The notes under the pieces were generated by a model, which did no database searches, was not told the origin of the DNA, and saw only the letters and a program-made list of their open reading frames with translations. Of a stretch of DNA of 64,000 nucleotides, positions 8,831-17,369 are shown piece by piece. A program made the translations under genes and the position numbers. Every line of letters starts with the position of its first letter. Positions within the stretch are counted from its first letter, which is position 1. Source of the stretch: Thermomicrobiales bacterium (lineage in GTDB: Bacteria; Chloroflexota; Chloroflexia; Thermomicrobiales; CFX8); assembly GCA_041751795.1 (NCBI GenBank), contig JBGSWU010000181.1:4835-68834 (forward strand), written 5' to 3'.

Positions 8831-11209
8831 ATGGTCGCAACACGAAATGAAACCAGGCTCGTTACTCTGACAATTGACGGCAAAGAGGTCACCGTCCCAG
8901 CTGGGACGACGATTCTCCAGGCGGCAGAAGCAAATGGCATCGAGGTGCCAAACCTTTGTTTCCAGCCGTTGCTTCGCGCATGGGGATCCTGCCGGCTCTG
9001 CACCGTCGAAATCCTTGGTTCCCGCGGTGGGTTAATTGAATCCTGTGCGACACCGGTCCGCGAAGGTCAGGAGATTTCCACTATCTCCGCTCCTGTCGTT
9101 GAGGCGCGTCAGTTCATCCTCCAGATGTATCTGATCGACCATGCGCTCGACTGCCCAACATGTGACAAATCCGGTGAGTGCTACCTTCAGGACAACACGT
9201 ATCTTCATAATGTCAGTGCCAACCCGTTTCGCAGGCCAAAACTCGCGCAGCCGTACAAGCATCTTCGTGAAACAATCGACTACAAATGGGATCGCTGCAT
9301 CATCTGTGCGCGATGCACTCGCGTCTGCGAGGAAATGATCGGTGTGACGGCAATTACTGTTGCCGGTCGCGGCCTTGAGGCCGAAATCACCTCCTCGTAT
9401 GGCGTCGATCTCCGAGACACATCGTGCACGAACTGCGGTATGTGTATCGCCGTTTGCCCAGTCGGAGCACTGACCGACCGGCACTTCGGCCATCATCCGT
9501 GGGAACTCGATGCCGTGGAAACCGTTTGCGGGTTTTGCGACGTCGGCTGCACGCTCAACGTCGAACACAACCGCGGGATCGTCCGGCGCGTGTCGCACCT
9601 ATGGGATCGTGGCGTCAATCTCGGTTACACCTGCGAACGCGGCAAGTGGGGACATGAGCAGGTCCAGGACCCAATGCGGCTGCGCTACGCTCGTATTAGC
9701 GAAGGCGGAGAGCAACTAGAAGTCGACCTGGATGAAGCACTAGATTTGGTCGCAGATAAGCTCCGGCATTACCAGGGAGCATCATTTGCCGCCCTCGCCT
9801 CTCCGGACAACACGAACGAAGATAACTATTCGCTTCAGCAGTTCACTCGTGCGGTTATGGGTTCCAACAATATCGACCGACTAATCTCTCATGCACAGTC
9901 TGGCGTTGATCGCGCCATGCTCCAGTCGTTCGGCGTCTCGGCCAGTACTGCGAGCATGCAGGAGATGCGAACCGATTCGCACTGCGCGCTGATCGTTGGA
10001 CCCGACATTGGATACAACGAGCCGATTGCCTCGTACTGGCTCTATTGGGCTTTACGCTATCGTGAAGCGAAGATGATCGTCGTTACGAACGACCATCAGT
10101 TCCTCTGCGATCGCAGCGACCGATGGATTCAGGCTCAGCCTGGCAGAGAGGCCGACGTCCTCAACGCGATGTCGAAGATCATCATTGCCAACGGTCTGGC
10201 GCAACCCGGTCCCCAGCTGGCGGAACTGACAAACAAGGTATCGTCAGTTGATGTTGCCGCGGTTGCAGCCGCAGCCGGAGTTTCGACGGCAATGCTCGAA
10301 GAATCGGCGATTCTCTATGCAACGGGTGGGCGTGGCATTGAAGAAGGCGTCACCGAGTATCCCACCAGCACGATCTGGCACACCGTTGCAGCTGGGTCTC
10401 CAAACGCAGAAGCCGCCGCGCTGGCAGCAAACAACCTAGCAGTCATCTGCGGCCACGTCGGCAAGCCCGGTGGCGGAGTCCTCGCCCTTCGCCAGAACGC
10501 GAACGCGCAAGGCAGTCTCGACGTCGGCTGTCACCCCGACCTCCTCCCAGGCGGCTTGAACGCGTCCGACGAGACGTCGCGGGCGATGTTCGCCGAACTG
10601 TGGTCACAGCGATGGAACGAATCGGGAGTTGCGCAAAACGGTTTCAAGCCGCTTCACGACCTCCCTTCGGCTGCTGGCGTCGGCGTCACAGATCTGACTG
10701 CAGCGATCGAGAGTGGTTCGATCAAGGCGATGTATGTCAGTGCTCAGTCACACAAGTGGTCTGCGTCAATCGATCCTGCGTTGCTGGCAGCTCTTGGCAC
10801 CCTGGAATTCCTAGTCGTCGAAGATTCGTTCAACAGCGAACTAACGAAAATGGCGCACGTCGTCCTGCCGACGGCTATGTATCTGGAGAAAGACGGTTCA
10901 TTCACGAACCTCGATCGAACCGTGCAACGCGTCCGATTCGCTGTATCGGCACCGGGAGATGCTCACGCGACCGTCTGGTACGTTGCAGAGATCGCGAAGC
11001 GACTGGGATACTCCCTCGAAGCCGACAACGCATCGACAATTATGGACGAGATTTCAACAGTGGTTCCTGCGTACTCAGGTGTCAGCTTCCCGCGTCTGGA
11101 ACGCGGCGGCATGCAGTGGCCGGTAACGAGTTTTGGCGCAGAACAGACGGTGTATCTGTCGGTGGGTCGAGGTCTGGCGCCAGACGACATTCGGATTGTT
11201 GCCGACTAG
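8831..11209 (+). CDS. NuoG/Nqo3-like Fe-S protein (2Fe-2S plus 4Fe-4S plus molybdopterin-oxidoreductase-like domain)
   Basis: 792 aa. N-terminal 2Fe-2S ferredoxin fold (LTIDGKEVTV...CRLCTVEI), His/Cys cluster motifs (HALDCPTCDKSGECYLQ; CIICARCTRVC; CTNCGMCIAVCPVGAL; CGFCDVGCTLNV), then a molybdopterin-type domain. Confidence 0.8.
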   Translation: MVATRNETRLVTLTIDGKEVTVPAGTTILQAAEANGIEVPNLCFQPLLRAWGSCRLCTVEILGSRGGLIESCATPVREGQEISTISAPVVEARQFILQMYLIDHALDCPTCDKSGECYLQDNTYLHNVSANPFRRPKLAQPYKHLRETIDYKWDRCIICARCTRVCEEMIGVTAITVAGRGLEAEITSSYGVDLRDTSCTNCGMCIAVCPVGALTDRHFGHHPWELDAVETVCGFCDVGCTLNVEHNRGIVRRVSHLWDRGVNLGYTCERGKWGHEQVQDPMRLRYARISEGGEQLEVDLDEALDLVADKLRHYQGASFAALASPDNTNEDNYSLQQFTRAVMGSNNIDRLISHAQSGVDRAMLQSFGVSASTASMQEMRTDSHCALIVGPDIGYNEPIASYWLYWALRYREAKMIVVTNDHQFLCDRSDRWIQAQPGREADVLNAMSKIIIANGLAQPGPQLAELTNKVSSVDVAAVAAAAGVSTAMLEESAILYATGGRGIEEGVTEYPTSTIWHTVAAGSPNAEAAALAANNLAVICGHVGKPGGGVLALRQNANAQGSLDVGCHPDLLPGGLNASDETSRAMFAELWSQRWNESGVAQNGFKPLHDLPSAAGVGVTDLTAAIESGSIKAMYVSAQSHKWSASIDPALLAALGTLEFLVVEDSFNSELTKMAHVVLPTAMYLEKDGSFTNLDRTVQRVRFAVSAPGDAHATVWYVAEIAKRLGYSLEADNASTIMDEISTVVPAYSGVSFPRLERGGMQWPVTSFGAEQTVYLSVGRGLAPDDIRIVAD

Positions 11210-11241
11210 CGGCTACGGCAACCTGAAAGGCGAACACAACG

Positions 11242-11697
11242 ATGCTAGATGAGTTCAAGGGGTTCGCAGTCACGCTGCGACGAATGGTGAAGAAGCCGGA
11301 AACGTTCGAGTATCCCGACGAAAAGCGTCAGTTCGCACCGCGATTCCGTGGACTGCCCTCGTTGCGCGCTGATCCGGAGACGGGCGAAGCGCTGTGTGTC
11401 GCCTGTGGTCTCTGCGCTCGAATCTGCCCAACGTCGTGCCTTGAAATGCACGTCGTCCCGTCCGAGGAAGGCGACCGTGAACTCGGCGAGTTCATCCTCC
11501 GCTCCGGACGCTGTCTATTCTGCGGGTTCTGCGCACAGGTGTGCCCGGTGGACGCGATTACGATGAGTGGAGCTTTCGAACGCTCCGTACTCGAGCGCGA
11601 CGGGCTGATCTACACGAAGACCGAACTGGCCGCATTCGGAGCTCAGAACGAAACCTGGTGGGGCGCCGACAGTCCCCCACGAGTGACGACACCGTAG
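11242..11697 (+). CDS. NuoI-like 2x[4Fe-4S] ferredoxin subunit
   Basis: 151 aa. Two CxxCxxCxxxCP motifs (CVACGLCARICP, CLFCGFCAQVCP) and a NuoI-like N-terminus (FKGFAVTLRRMVKKPETFEYPDEK). Confidence 0.75.
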   Translation: MLDEFKGFAVTLRRMVKKPETFEYPDEKRQFAPRFRGLPSLRADPETGEALCVACGLCARICPTSCLEMHVVPSEEGDRELGEFILRSGRCLFCGFCAQVCPVDAITMSGAFERSVLERDGLIYTKTELAAFGAQNETWWGADSPPRVTTP

Positions 11698-11722
11698 TTC
11701 GTCGATCCAGCAATCAAACAGT

Positions 11723-11752
11723 GGGGCGCCGTTGAGATGGCGTCCCATTTTT
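11723..11752 (+). terminator. Intrinsic terminator after the nuoI-like gene
   Basis: GGGGCGCC-loop-GGCGTCCC stem followed by ATTTTT. Confidence 0.65.
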
Positions 11753-11893
11753 GCTGTACCCAGAAGATCTACTGAGCCTACTCCGTACGAGGATTTGCGC
11801 AGGGTGTTTCAGGCTTGCCGGATCGGACGAGAGCGCCGATGATAGCCTTTGAGAAAATCGACTCGATCCGCCTTAAATCGAGAGGATCACACA

Positions 11894-13327
11894 ATGAGCG
11901 ACGCGAAACAGTATCCGTTCTACTGTGCCGGTGGCTGGCGCACGTCGGCCAACGAATTGAAGGTACAGAACCCTCACGACGACTCGATCGTTGGTGTCAC
12001 ATCGTTCGCTACAGATGCCGACCTCGAAGATGCCATCGCCGCTGCTGAAGATGCGTTCGAAACGATGAAGATGATGCCGACCTACGAGCGCGCCGGTGCA
12101 CTCACCAAGCTCGCCTCGCTCATGGAGGACCGGCAGGAAGAATTGGCTCTCCTGATCGCGAAGGAAGCCGGTAAACCACTACGCGATGCACGAGTTGAAG
12201 CGATGCGCGGCGTGTTCACCGTCCAGATCGCCGCCGAAGAAGCGAAACGAATCGGCGGCGAGATGATGCCGCTTGATCTTCTCCCATCGTCGAAGGGGCG
12301 ATTCGGCATCACGAAGAAAGTACCAATCGGCCCGATCGCGGGAATTTCTCCATTCAACTTTCCGCTGAATCTCGCACTGCATAAGGTCGCCCCGGCGATC
12401 GCCTCGGGCAATCCGATTTTGCTCAAGCCGCCCACACACGATCCGCTGACGATGCTCACCGTCGCGGAGATGATCGACGAGATTGGCTTGCCAAAGGGCG
12501 CGGTCTCGATCATGCCGATGGACCGGACACTCGGCGACAAACTCGTTACCGACGAGCGGTTCAAGCTTCTCTCTTTCACCGGATCGCCCGACATCGGCTG
12601 GGACATGAAGGCACGAGCTGGAAAAAAGAAAGTCGTCCTTGAACTGGGCGGTAACGCCGGAGTGGCAATCGACCGCGACGCTGATATCGACTTCGCCGTC
12701 TCGCGAGTCCGAATGGGGGCTTTTGCGTACGCAGGACAGGTCTGCATCTCCGTGCAACGAGTCTTCGTCCATCAGGACGTCTATGACGAGTTCTGCGATA
12801 AACTGGCTGCGGCGGTCGCAACCATCAAGGCCGGAGATCCTCTCGATCCGGATACCGAACTCGGCCCGATGATTGACGACAAGGCTGCCAAGCGAATTGA
12901 CGACTGGGTAAGCGCAGCAGTCGACGAAGGCGCTCGTGTGCTGGCCGGCGGCAAGGCGAATGGACGGTTTTACGAACCAACCGTTCTCGTCGACGTGCAG
13001 CGCGAGTCGTTTGTCTGCTCCAGAGAAGCATTCGCGCCGATCGTCAGCGTCTTCAAAACGACAGACTGGGACGACACGCTGTCGAAGATCAACGACTCAG
13101 TCTTCGGGTTACAGGCTGGCGTCTTCACCTCAAGCCTGGAGCACTCCCTACAGGCCTTCGAACGACTCGATGTCGGCGGCGTCATCTTGAACGATGTGCC
13201 AGTCTACCGGATCGATCATATGCCGTATGGTGGGGTCAAGGATTCCGGGTTGAGCCGTGAGGGGCTCCGCTACGCAATCGAAGACATGACCGAAACGCGC
13301 TTGCTGGTCATCAACCGAATATCGTGA
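11894..13327 (+). CDS. Aldehyde dehydrogenase, GapN/lactaldehyde dehydrogenase-like
   Basis: Start moved to ATG 11894 (MSDAKQYPFY...), preceded by GAGAGGA. Motifs ISPFNFPLNL, ELGGNA, catalytic-Cys region GQVCISVQRV and MPYGGVKDSG resemble non-phosphorylating GAPDH-type ALDHs. Confidence 0.85.
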   Translation: MSDAKQYPFYCAGGWRTSANELKVQNPHDDSIVGVTSFATDADLEDAIAAAEDAFETMKMMPTYERAGALTKLASLMEDRQEELALLIAKEAGKPLRDARVEAMRGVFTVQIAAEEAKRIGGEMMPLDLLPSSKGRFGITKKVPIGPIAGISPFNFPLNLALHKVAPAIASGNPILLKPPTHDPLTMLTVAEMIDEIGLPKGAVSIMPMDRTLGDKLVTDERFKLLSFTGSPDIGWDMKARAGKKKVVLELGGNAGVAIDRDADIDFAVSRVRMGAFAYAGQVCISVQRVFVHQDVYDEFCDKLAAAVATIKAGDPLDPDTELGPMIDDKAAKRIDDWVSAAVDEGARVLAGGKANGRFYEPTVLVDVQRESFVCSREAFAPIVSVFKTTDWDDTLSKINDSVFGLQAGVFTSSLEHSLQAFERLDVGGVILNDVPVYRIDHMPYGGVKDSGLSREGLRYAIEDMTETRLLVINRIS

Positions 13328-13334
13328 GCGAATC

Positions 13335-13359
13335 GGGGCGGTGGCAGTGCTACCGCCCC
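13335..13359. terminator. Hairpin between convergent ALDH and nfo (bidirectional terminator)
   Basis: GGGGCGGT-loop-ACCGCCCC followed by TGTTT. Confidence 0.6.
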
Positions 13360-13363
13360 TGTT

Positions 13364-14212
13364 TCACGCAACGAGTGACCGCAACAGGATCAACGCATCA
13401 CGATCTTCAGCCAGATCCTCGCCCTTATCCGTTTCCAGCAGCGCCGGTTTGCCTGCAAATCGGGAATCGTTCATGAAGTTTCGGAAACCTTCTACGCCGA
13501 TGTACCCGGCACCGATATGAGCGTGACGATCACGCTTCGACCCAAACTCCGTCAATGCGTCGTTGAAATGAAACGCCTCGACCTGATCCGTTCCGATCAA
13601 CTCGTCGAACTTCTCAATCGTTTCAGCATAGGTCTCCGGCGTTCGAATGTCATATCCGGCGACGAACGTGTGACATGTGTCGTAACAGATGCCCAAGCGT
13701 TCTGGTGCAGCGACGCCTGTTAGCATGGCTGCAAGTTCCTCGAACGTTGCTCCAAGCGTCGTCCCCTGTCCAGCAGTTGTCTCCAGCAACGTCCTGACGG
13801 TATAGCCCGGTAGTTCATCGTGAACGCGATTGAGGGCGGCAATGACGCGCGTTATCCCCTCCTCGGTGCCTGAACCAGTATGCGCGCCCGGATGCGTTAC
13901 CAGGAACGGGATTCCAAGTTGCTCACACCGTTCGAGTTCGATCCGGAACGCGTCGATCGATTTTCCCCACATTTCGTCGTTCGGCGACGCGAGGTTGATC
14001 AAATACGAGTCGTGTGCCACGACTGGCGCGATCGAGCAGTCCAGACACGTCTGACGGAACAGCGCGGCGTCGTCGTCTGCGATCGGCTTCGCTTTCCATT
14101 GCTTCTGGTTCTTGGTGAAGATCTGCAACGCGTCTGAGTCGACGCTCTTTGCTCGGTGGACAGACTTATCGAGCCCACCAGCAATGGACATGTGCGCGCC
14201 AAGTTTCAGCAT
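13364..14212 (-). CDS. nfo: Endonuclease IV (AP endonuclease)
   Basis: 282 aa. MLKLGAHMSIAGGL N-terminus and TIM-barrel Nfo motifs (HDSYLINLAS, CYDTCHTFVAGYD, HFNDA). Confidence 0.9.
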   Translation of the reverse strand: MLKLGAHMSIAGGLDKSVHRAKSVDSDALQIFTKNQKQWKAKPIADDDAALFRQTCLDCSIAPVVAHDSYLINLASPNDEMWGKSIDAFRIELERCEQLGIPFLVTHPGAHTGSGTEEGITRVIAALNRVHDELPGYTVRTLLETTAGQGTTLGATFEELAAMLTGVAAPERLGICYDTCHTFVAGYDIRTPETYAETIEKFDELIGTDQVEAFHFNDALTEFGSKRDRHAHIGAGYIGVEGFRNFMNDSRFAGKPALLETDKGEDLAEDRDALILLRSLVA

Positions 14213-14218
14213 CAGTCG

Positions 14219-14587
14219 TTACTCTTTCCCGTTGTCGACACCCGTCAGCACCTGCAATCCGGCGCGGTCAAAACCGACGACAATTGCTCCACCAGCGACG
14301 ATCATTGGCCGGCGAATCAATGTCGGTTCTTCGACCATTGCAAGAAGCAGTTCGTCCTCGCTCAACACGTCAAACGCTGCCGGGGCAGATCGATACGCCT
14401 TCGAACGCGTCGACAGGACATCTCGGGCCGTCACGCTTGATGCCGTGAGGATCGACCTCAATTCTTCGACTTCGAATTTGGCCCTGAAGTAATCGCGGCG
14501 TTCGAATTTCACACCGTTGGAGGCGAGGAACTCCTCAGCCTTTTTGCAACTCGTTCAGGTCGGGTGAACGTAAACGGTTATCGCCAC
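14219..14587 (-). CDS. Spx/ArsC/YffB-family thioredoxin-fold protein with an in-frame TGA at the first Cys of CXXC (candidate selenocysteine; alternatively a pseudogene)
   Basis: The track ORF (14219..14512) lacks the family N-terminus. Reading upstream in the same frame gives GTG(14587) AITVYVHPT-TGA(14557..14555)-TSCKKAEEFLASNGVKFERRDY.... This aligns with Spx (TLYTSPSCTSCRKA) and YffB (TLYGIKNCDTCKKA), so the TGA replaces the first Cys. GGAGG lies 4 nt upstream of the GTG. The reconstructed length of 122 codons is typical for the family. Confidence 0.6.
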
Positions 14588-14676
14588 ACAGCCTCCGCAA
14601 CGTGTACGTACATTTGTTCGCGGATTGTATCATCACTGTTGGTCGCGAACTCGTCAGAACTGCGAAAGGCCGTCGG

Positions 14677-15522
14677 TTGGATCAGACAAAAAGACGTGTC
14701 GCCGTCACGGGAACGACAGGGCAACTAGGTCGAGCACTCGTAGCCAGTCAATCCGGACACTGGGACATTCTGCCCATCAACCGGCACGATACGGATATGT
14801 TGGATTGGGATGCCCTCTGTCGGCAGATCACTGGCTTCGAACCTGACCTGGTCATTCACGCTGCCGCCGCGACCGATGTTGACGGCTGCGAGCGCGACCC
14901 CGCCATGGCATTTCTCGGAAACGCAGTATCGACGCGTCACGTGTCTCAAGCTGCTGCCGAGGCGAACGCCGATCTCGTTTACGTCTCGACGAACTTCGTC
15001 TTCGATGGAATGAAACCATCTCCATACCATGAGTTTGATTTTCCCGCGCCGATCAGCGCCTATGGATTGTCGAAGTTCGCGGGGGAACTGGAAGCGCGAA
15101 ACGCCACTAACCGGTGCTTTGTGATTCGCACTGCAATGGTGTTCGATAACGAAGGACGCAACTTCGTTCGAACGATGCAGAGATTGATGACAGAACGAGA
15201 TCGATTGACTGTCGTCGACGATCAGTTTGGAAATCCAACCTACGCAGCCGACCTCGCTACCGCAATTGCCAACCTCGTCAACTGCGCGCCATACGGAACG
15301 TACCACGTGACCAATTCCGGAAGTACATCATGGCACGGCTGGGCGCAGGAGATTGCAACCCTCATTGGAGCAACATCGGTTGTCGAACCGATTCCTGCAG
15401 CAAGCTATCAACGCGACGCGACGCCGCCGTCAAATGGTGTGCTCGAATCGCTGATGTTATCTCGTCTAGGCATCGAACTACCCGATTGGCGCGACGCACT
15501 TCGACGCTGCCTGTCTCGATGA
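14677..15522 (+). CDS. rfbD: dTDP-4-dehydrorhamnose reductase
   Basis: VAVTGTTGQLGRAL Rossmann N-terminus and RmlD-like body. The start is uncertain: TTG 14677 is preferred over the track start at 14602, which would leave only 14 bp to the divergent Spx-like gene. Confidence 0.8.
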   Translation: MDQTKRRVAVTGTTGQLGRALVASQSGHWDILPINRHDTDMLDWDALCRQITGFEPDLVIHAAAATDVDGCERDPAMAFLGNAVSTRHVSQAAAEANADLVYVSTNFVFDGMKPSPYHEFDFPAPISAYGLSKFAGELEARNATNRCFVIRTAMVFDNEGRNFVRTMQRLMTERDRLTVVDDQFGNPTYAADLATAIANLVNCAPYGTYHVTNSGSTSWHGWAQEIATLIGATSVVEPIPAASYQRDATPPSNGVLESLMLSRLGIELPDWRDALRRCLSR

Positions 15523-16535
15523 CGAGAGTCGATGTCGTAATACCAACATTCAATGGTGTCGATTTGCTAGCACGGTGCCTCGATACGCTTGTCATCTCGA
15601 CGTTCACCGATTTTCGGCTTTTCGTGTTCGACGATGGGTCGGTGGAAGCGATCGCTCCGGTCGTCCATAAGCGATTCCCTGACGCAACAGTAATTCGGGC
15701 TGATACCAACATCGGCCTGGCTCGTGCATTCAATCGATCGATTGCACAAAGCAACAGCGAGTTCGTTGTCCTACTCAACAACGACACCGAGGTCGAAGCC
15801 GACTGGCTGGCCGAACTTGTCAACTGTGCAGACCGGCATCCCAAGTCTGGTAGCGTTGCCAGCAAGTTGCGTTTGCTATCAGAACGTTCTCGGCTCCATT
15901 CAGCTGGTGATGTCTGGTCAGTGCGTGGCATGCCAGGAAACCGGGGCGTCTGGCTTGAAGACGTTGGCCAGTACGATGACGAGAACGAAGTCTTCTCCGC
16001 GTGTGGTGGCGCGGCGCTGTATCGTCGGGAAGCGCTCGAAGCGGTTCAGGCCCGCGACGGTCATGTCTTCGACGAGCGATTGTTCATGTACTGTGAAGAT
16101 GTCGACCTCGGCTGGCGATTACAGGCAGCTGGATGGCGTTGCGTATTCGCTCCCTCAGCGATCGTCTACCATGCGCTGTCTGCAACCGGAGGAGGAACGC
16201 TCGCCAGCTATTATGTTTCACGCAATGTCTGGATGGTTCTGGCCCAAAGTGTTCCTCGCGAGTTCACAAAGCCGTATCGCATGCGAATTTTCGCCTTTCA
16301 TCTTGGCCGCATCGTGCGAGGGCTGCGCCATCTCTGTGAACCCGCCGCTCGAGCATCGCTGCGAGGAACCGTTGTTGGCATCGCTCGATCGACGTTCGCT
16401 CGACGCCGCCGACAGGAACTGCCGAAGGGCGAACGAGCGCGAATTGCCGCATTACTCGTCGGCGACTCATGGCATCAATGTGCAGGCGAACGTTGCTACA
16501 CTTCCATCCAACAAGTTGACGGAAGAACTCGCTAA
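15519..16535 (+). CDS. Glycosyltransferase family 2 (rhamnosyltransferase-like)
   Basis: The true start ATG 15519 overlaps the rmlD stop (ATGA). MTRVDVVIPTFNGVDLLARCLDTL, DDGS and NNDTEV motifs are typical of GT2. The upstream part of the track ORF lies inside rmlD in another frame. Confidence 0.8.
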   Translation: MTRVDVVIPTFNGVDLLARCLDTLVISTFTDFRLFVFDDGSVEAIAPVVHKRFPDATVIRADTNIGLARAFNRSIAQSNSEFVVLLNNDTEVEADWLAELVNCADRHPKSGSVASKLRLLSERSRLHSAGDVWSVRGMPGNRGVWLEDVGQYDDENEVFSACGGAALYRREALEAVQARDGHVFDERLFMYCEDVDLGWRLQAAGWRCVFAPSAIVYHALSATGGGTLASYYVSRNVWMVLAQSVPREFTKPYRMRIFAFHLGRIVRGLRHLCEPAARASLRGTVVGIARSTFARRRRQELPKGERARIAALLVGDSWHQCAGERCYTSIQQVDGRTR

Positions 16536-16580
16536 CGGCGAATGTGCCAGTTAGCGTCCTGATCTGGAGCAGACACGCGG

Positions 16581-17342
16581 TTGAACGACATGAAGAGGCC
16601 GGATCTGACGATTGTCGTACCGGCCTACAACGAGTCGGCCCGGCTGCCACGGACGTTGACGGATATCGACCGATTCGTCGTCGACGCAAACCTCAGCGCG
16701 GAGGTGTTGATCGTCGACGACGGCAGTAGCGACGACACGCTTAAGATCGCAAGAGCACACTCATCCCAGGCTGATCGCTATGAAGTTCTTGGTCTCCCCC
16801 ACCGTGGCAAGGCAAGCGCCGTTCGAGCAGGCGTCCTCGCCGCGAATGGGAATTATGTCTTGTTTACAGATGCTGATCTCTCGACGCCGATTGACTACGC
16901 AACGAAACTTATCGCCGCGCTCGACGGCGGTGCTGAGGTCGCTATCGGGTCAAGAGAAGGCATTGGGGCGACCCGCGTCGGCGAGCCTGGGTATCGTCAC
17001 CTCATGGGACGGGTTTTCAACGCTGTCGTACGCTTGGTCGCTGTTCCCGGAATCAACGACACACAGTGCGGTTTCAAAGCGTTTCGACGCACTGCAGCCC
17101 AGGAGATCTTCTCCCGCACGATACTACATATTGGTGACGGCCCTGTTCGAGGTCCGCGGGTCACCGGATTCGATGTTGAAGTGCTATACATAGCACGACG
17201 GCGAGGCTATAACATTGTGGAAGTCCCAGTATTCTGGAAACACGTTGCTGGGAGTAAGGTCCAGCCGTTTCCGGACTCGGTTCGGATGTTTGCCGATGTA
17301 CTTCGAGTCCGTTGGAACGCGATCCGCGGTCATTATCAGTAA
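16581..17342 (+). CDS. Glycosyltransferase family 2, polyprenyl-phosphate glycosyl synthase-like (DPM1/DPG-like)
   Basis: 253 aa. LTIVVPAYNESARLP, IVDDGSSDDT, FTDADLSTP and INDTQCGFKAF motifs. Confidence 0.8.
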   Translation: MNDMKRPDLTIVVPAYNESARLPRTLTDIDRFVVDANLSAEVLIVDDGSSDDTLKIARAHSSQADRYEVLGLPHRGKASAVRAGVLAANGNYVLFTDADLSTPIDYATKLIAALDGGAEVAIGSREGIGATRVGEPGYRHLMGRVFNAVVRLVAVPGINDTQCGFKAFRRTAAQEIFSRTILHIGDGPVRGPRVTGFDVEVLYIARRRGYNIVEVPVFWKHVAGSKVQPFPDSVRMFADVLRVRWNAIRGHYQ

Positions 17343-17369
17343 CAGACGGTCGTCCGTAGCAGCCGAAAT

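Noticed and set aside
8831-11209. The NuoG-like protein as a Sec- or Cys-containing formate dehydrogenase.
   Set aside because: There is no in-frame stop. By-eye alignment puts Ser (LISHAQSG) where FDHs have Cys or Sec before the conserved His. There is no FDH accessory gene nearby.
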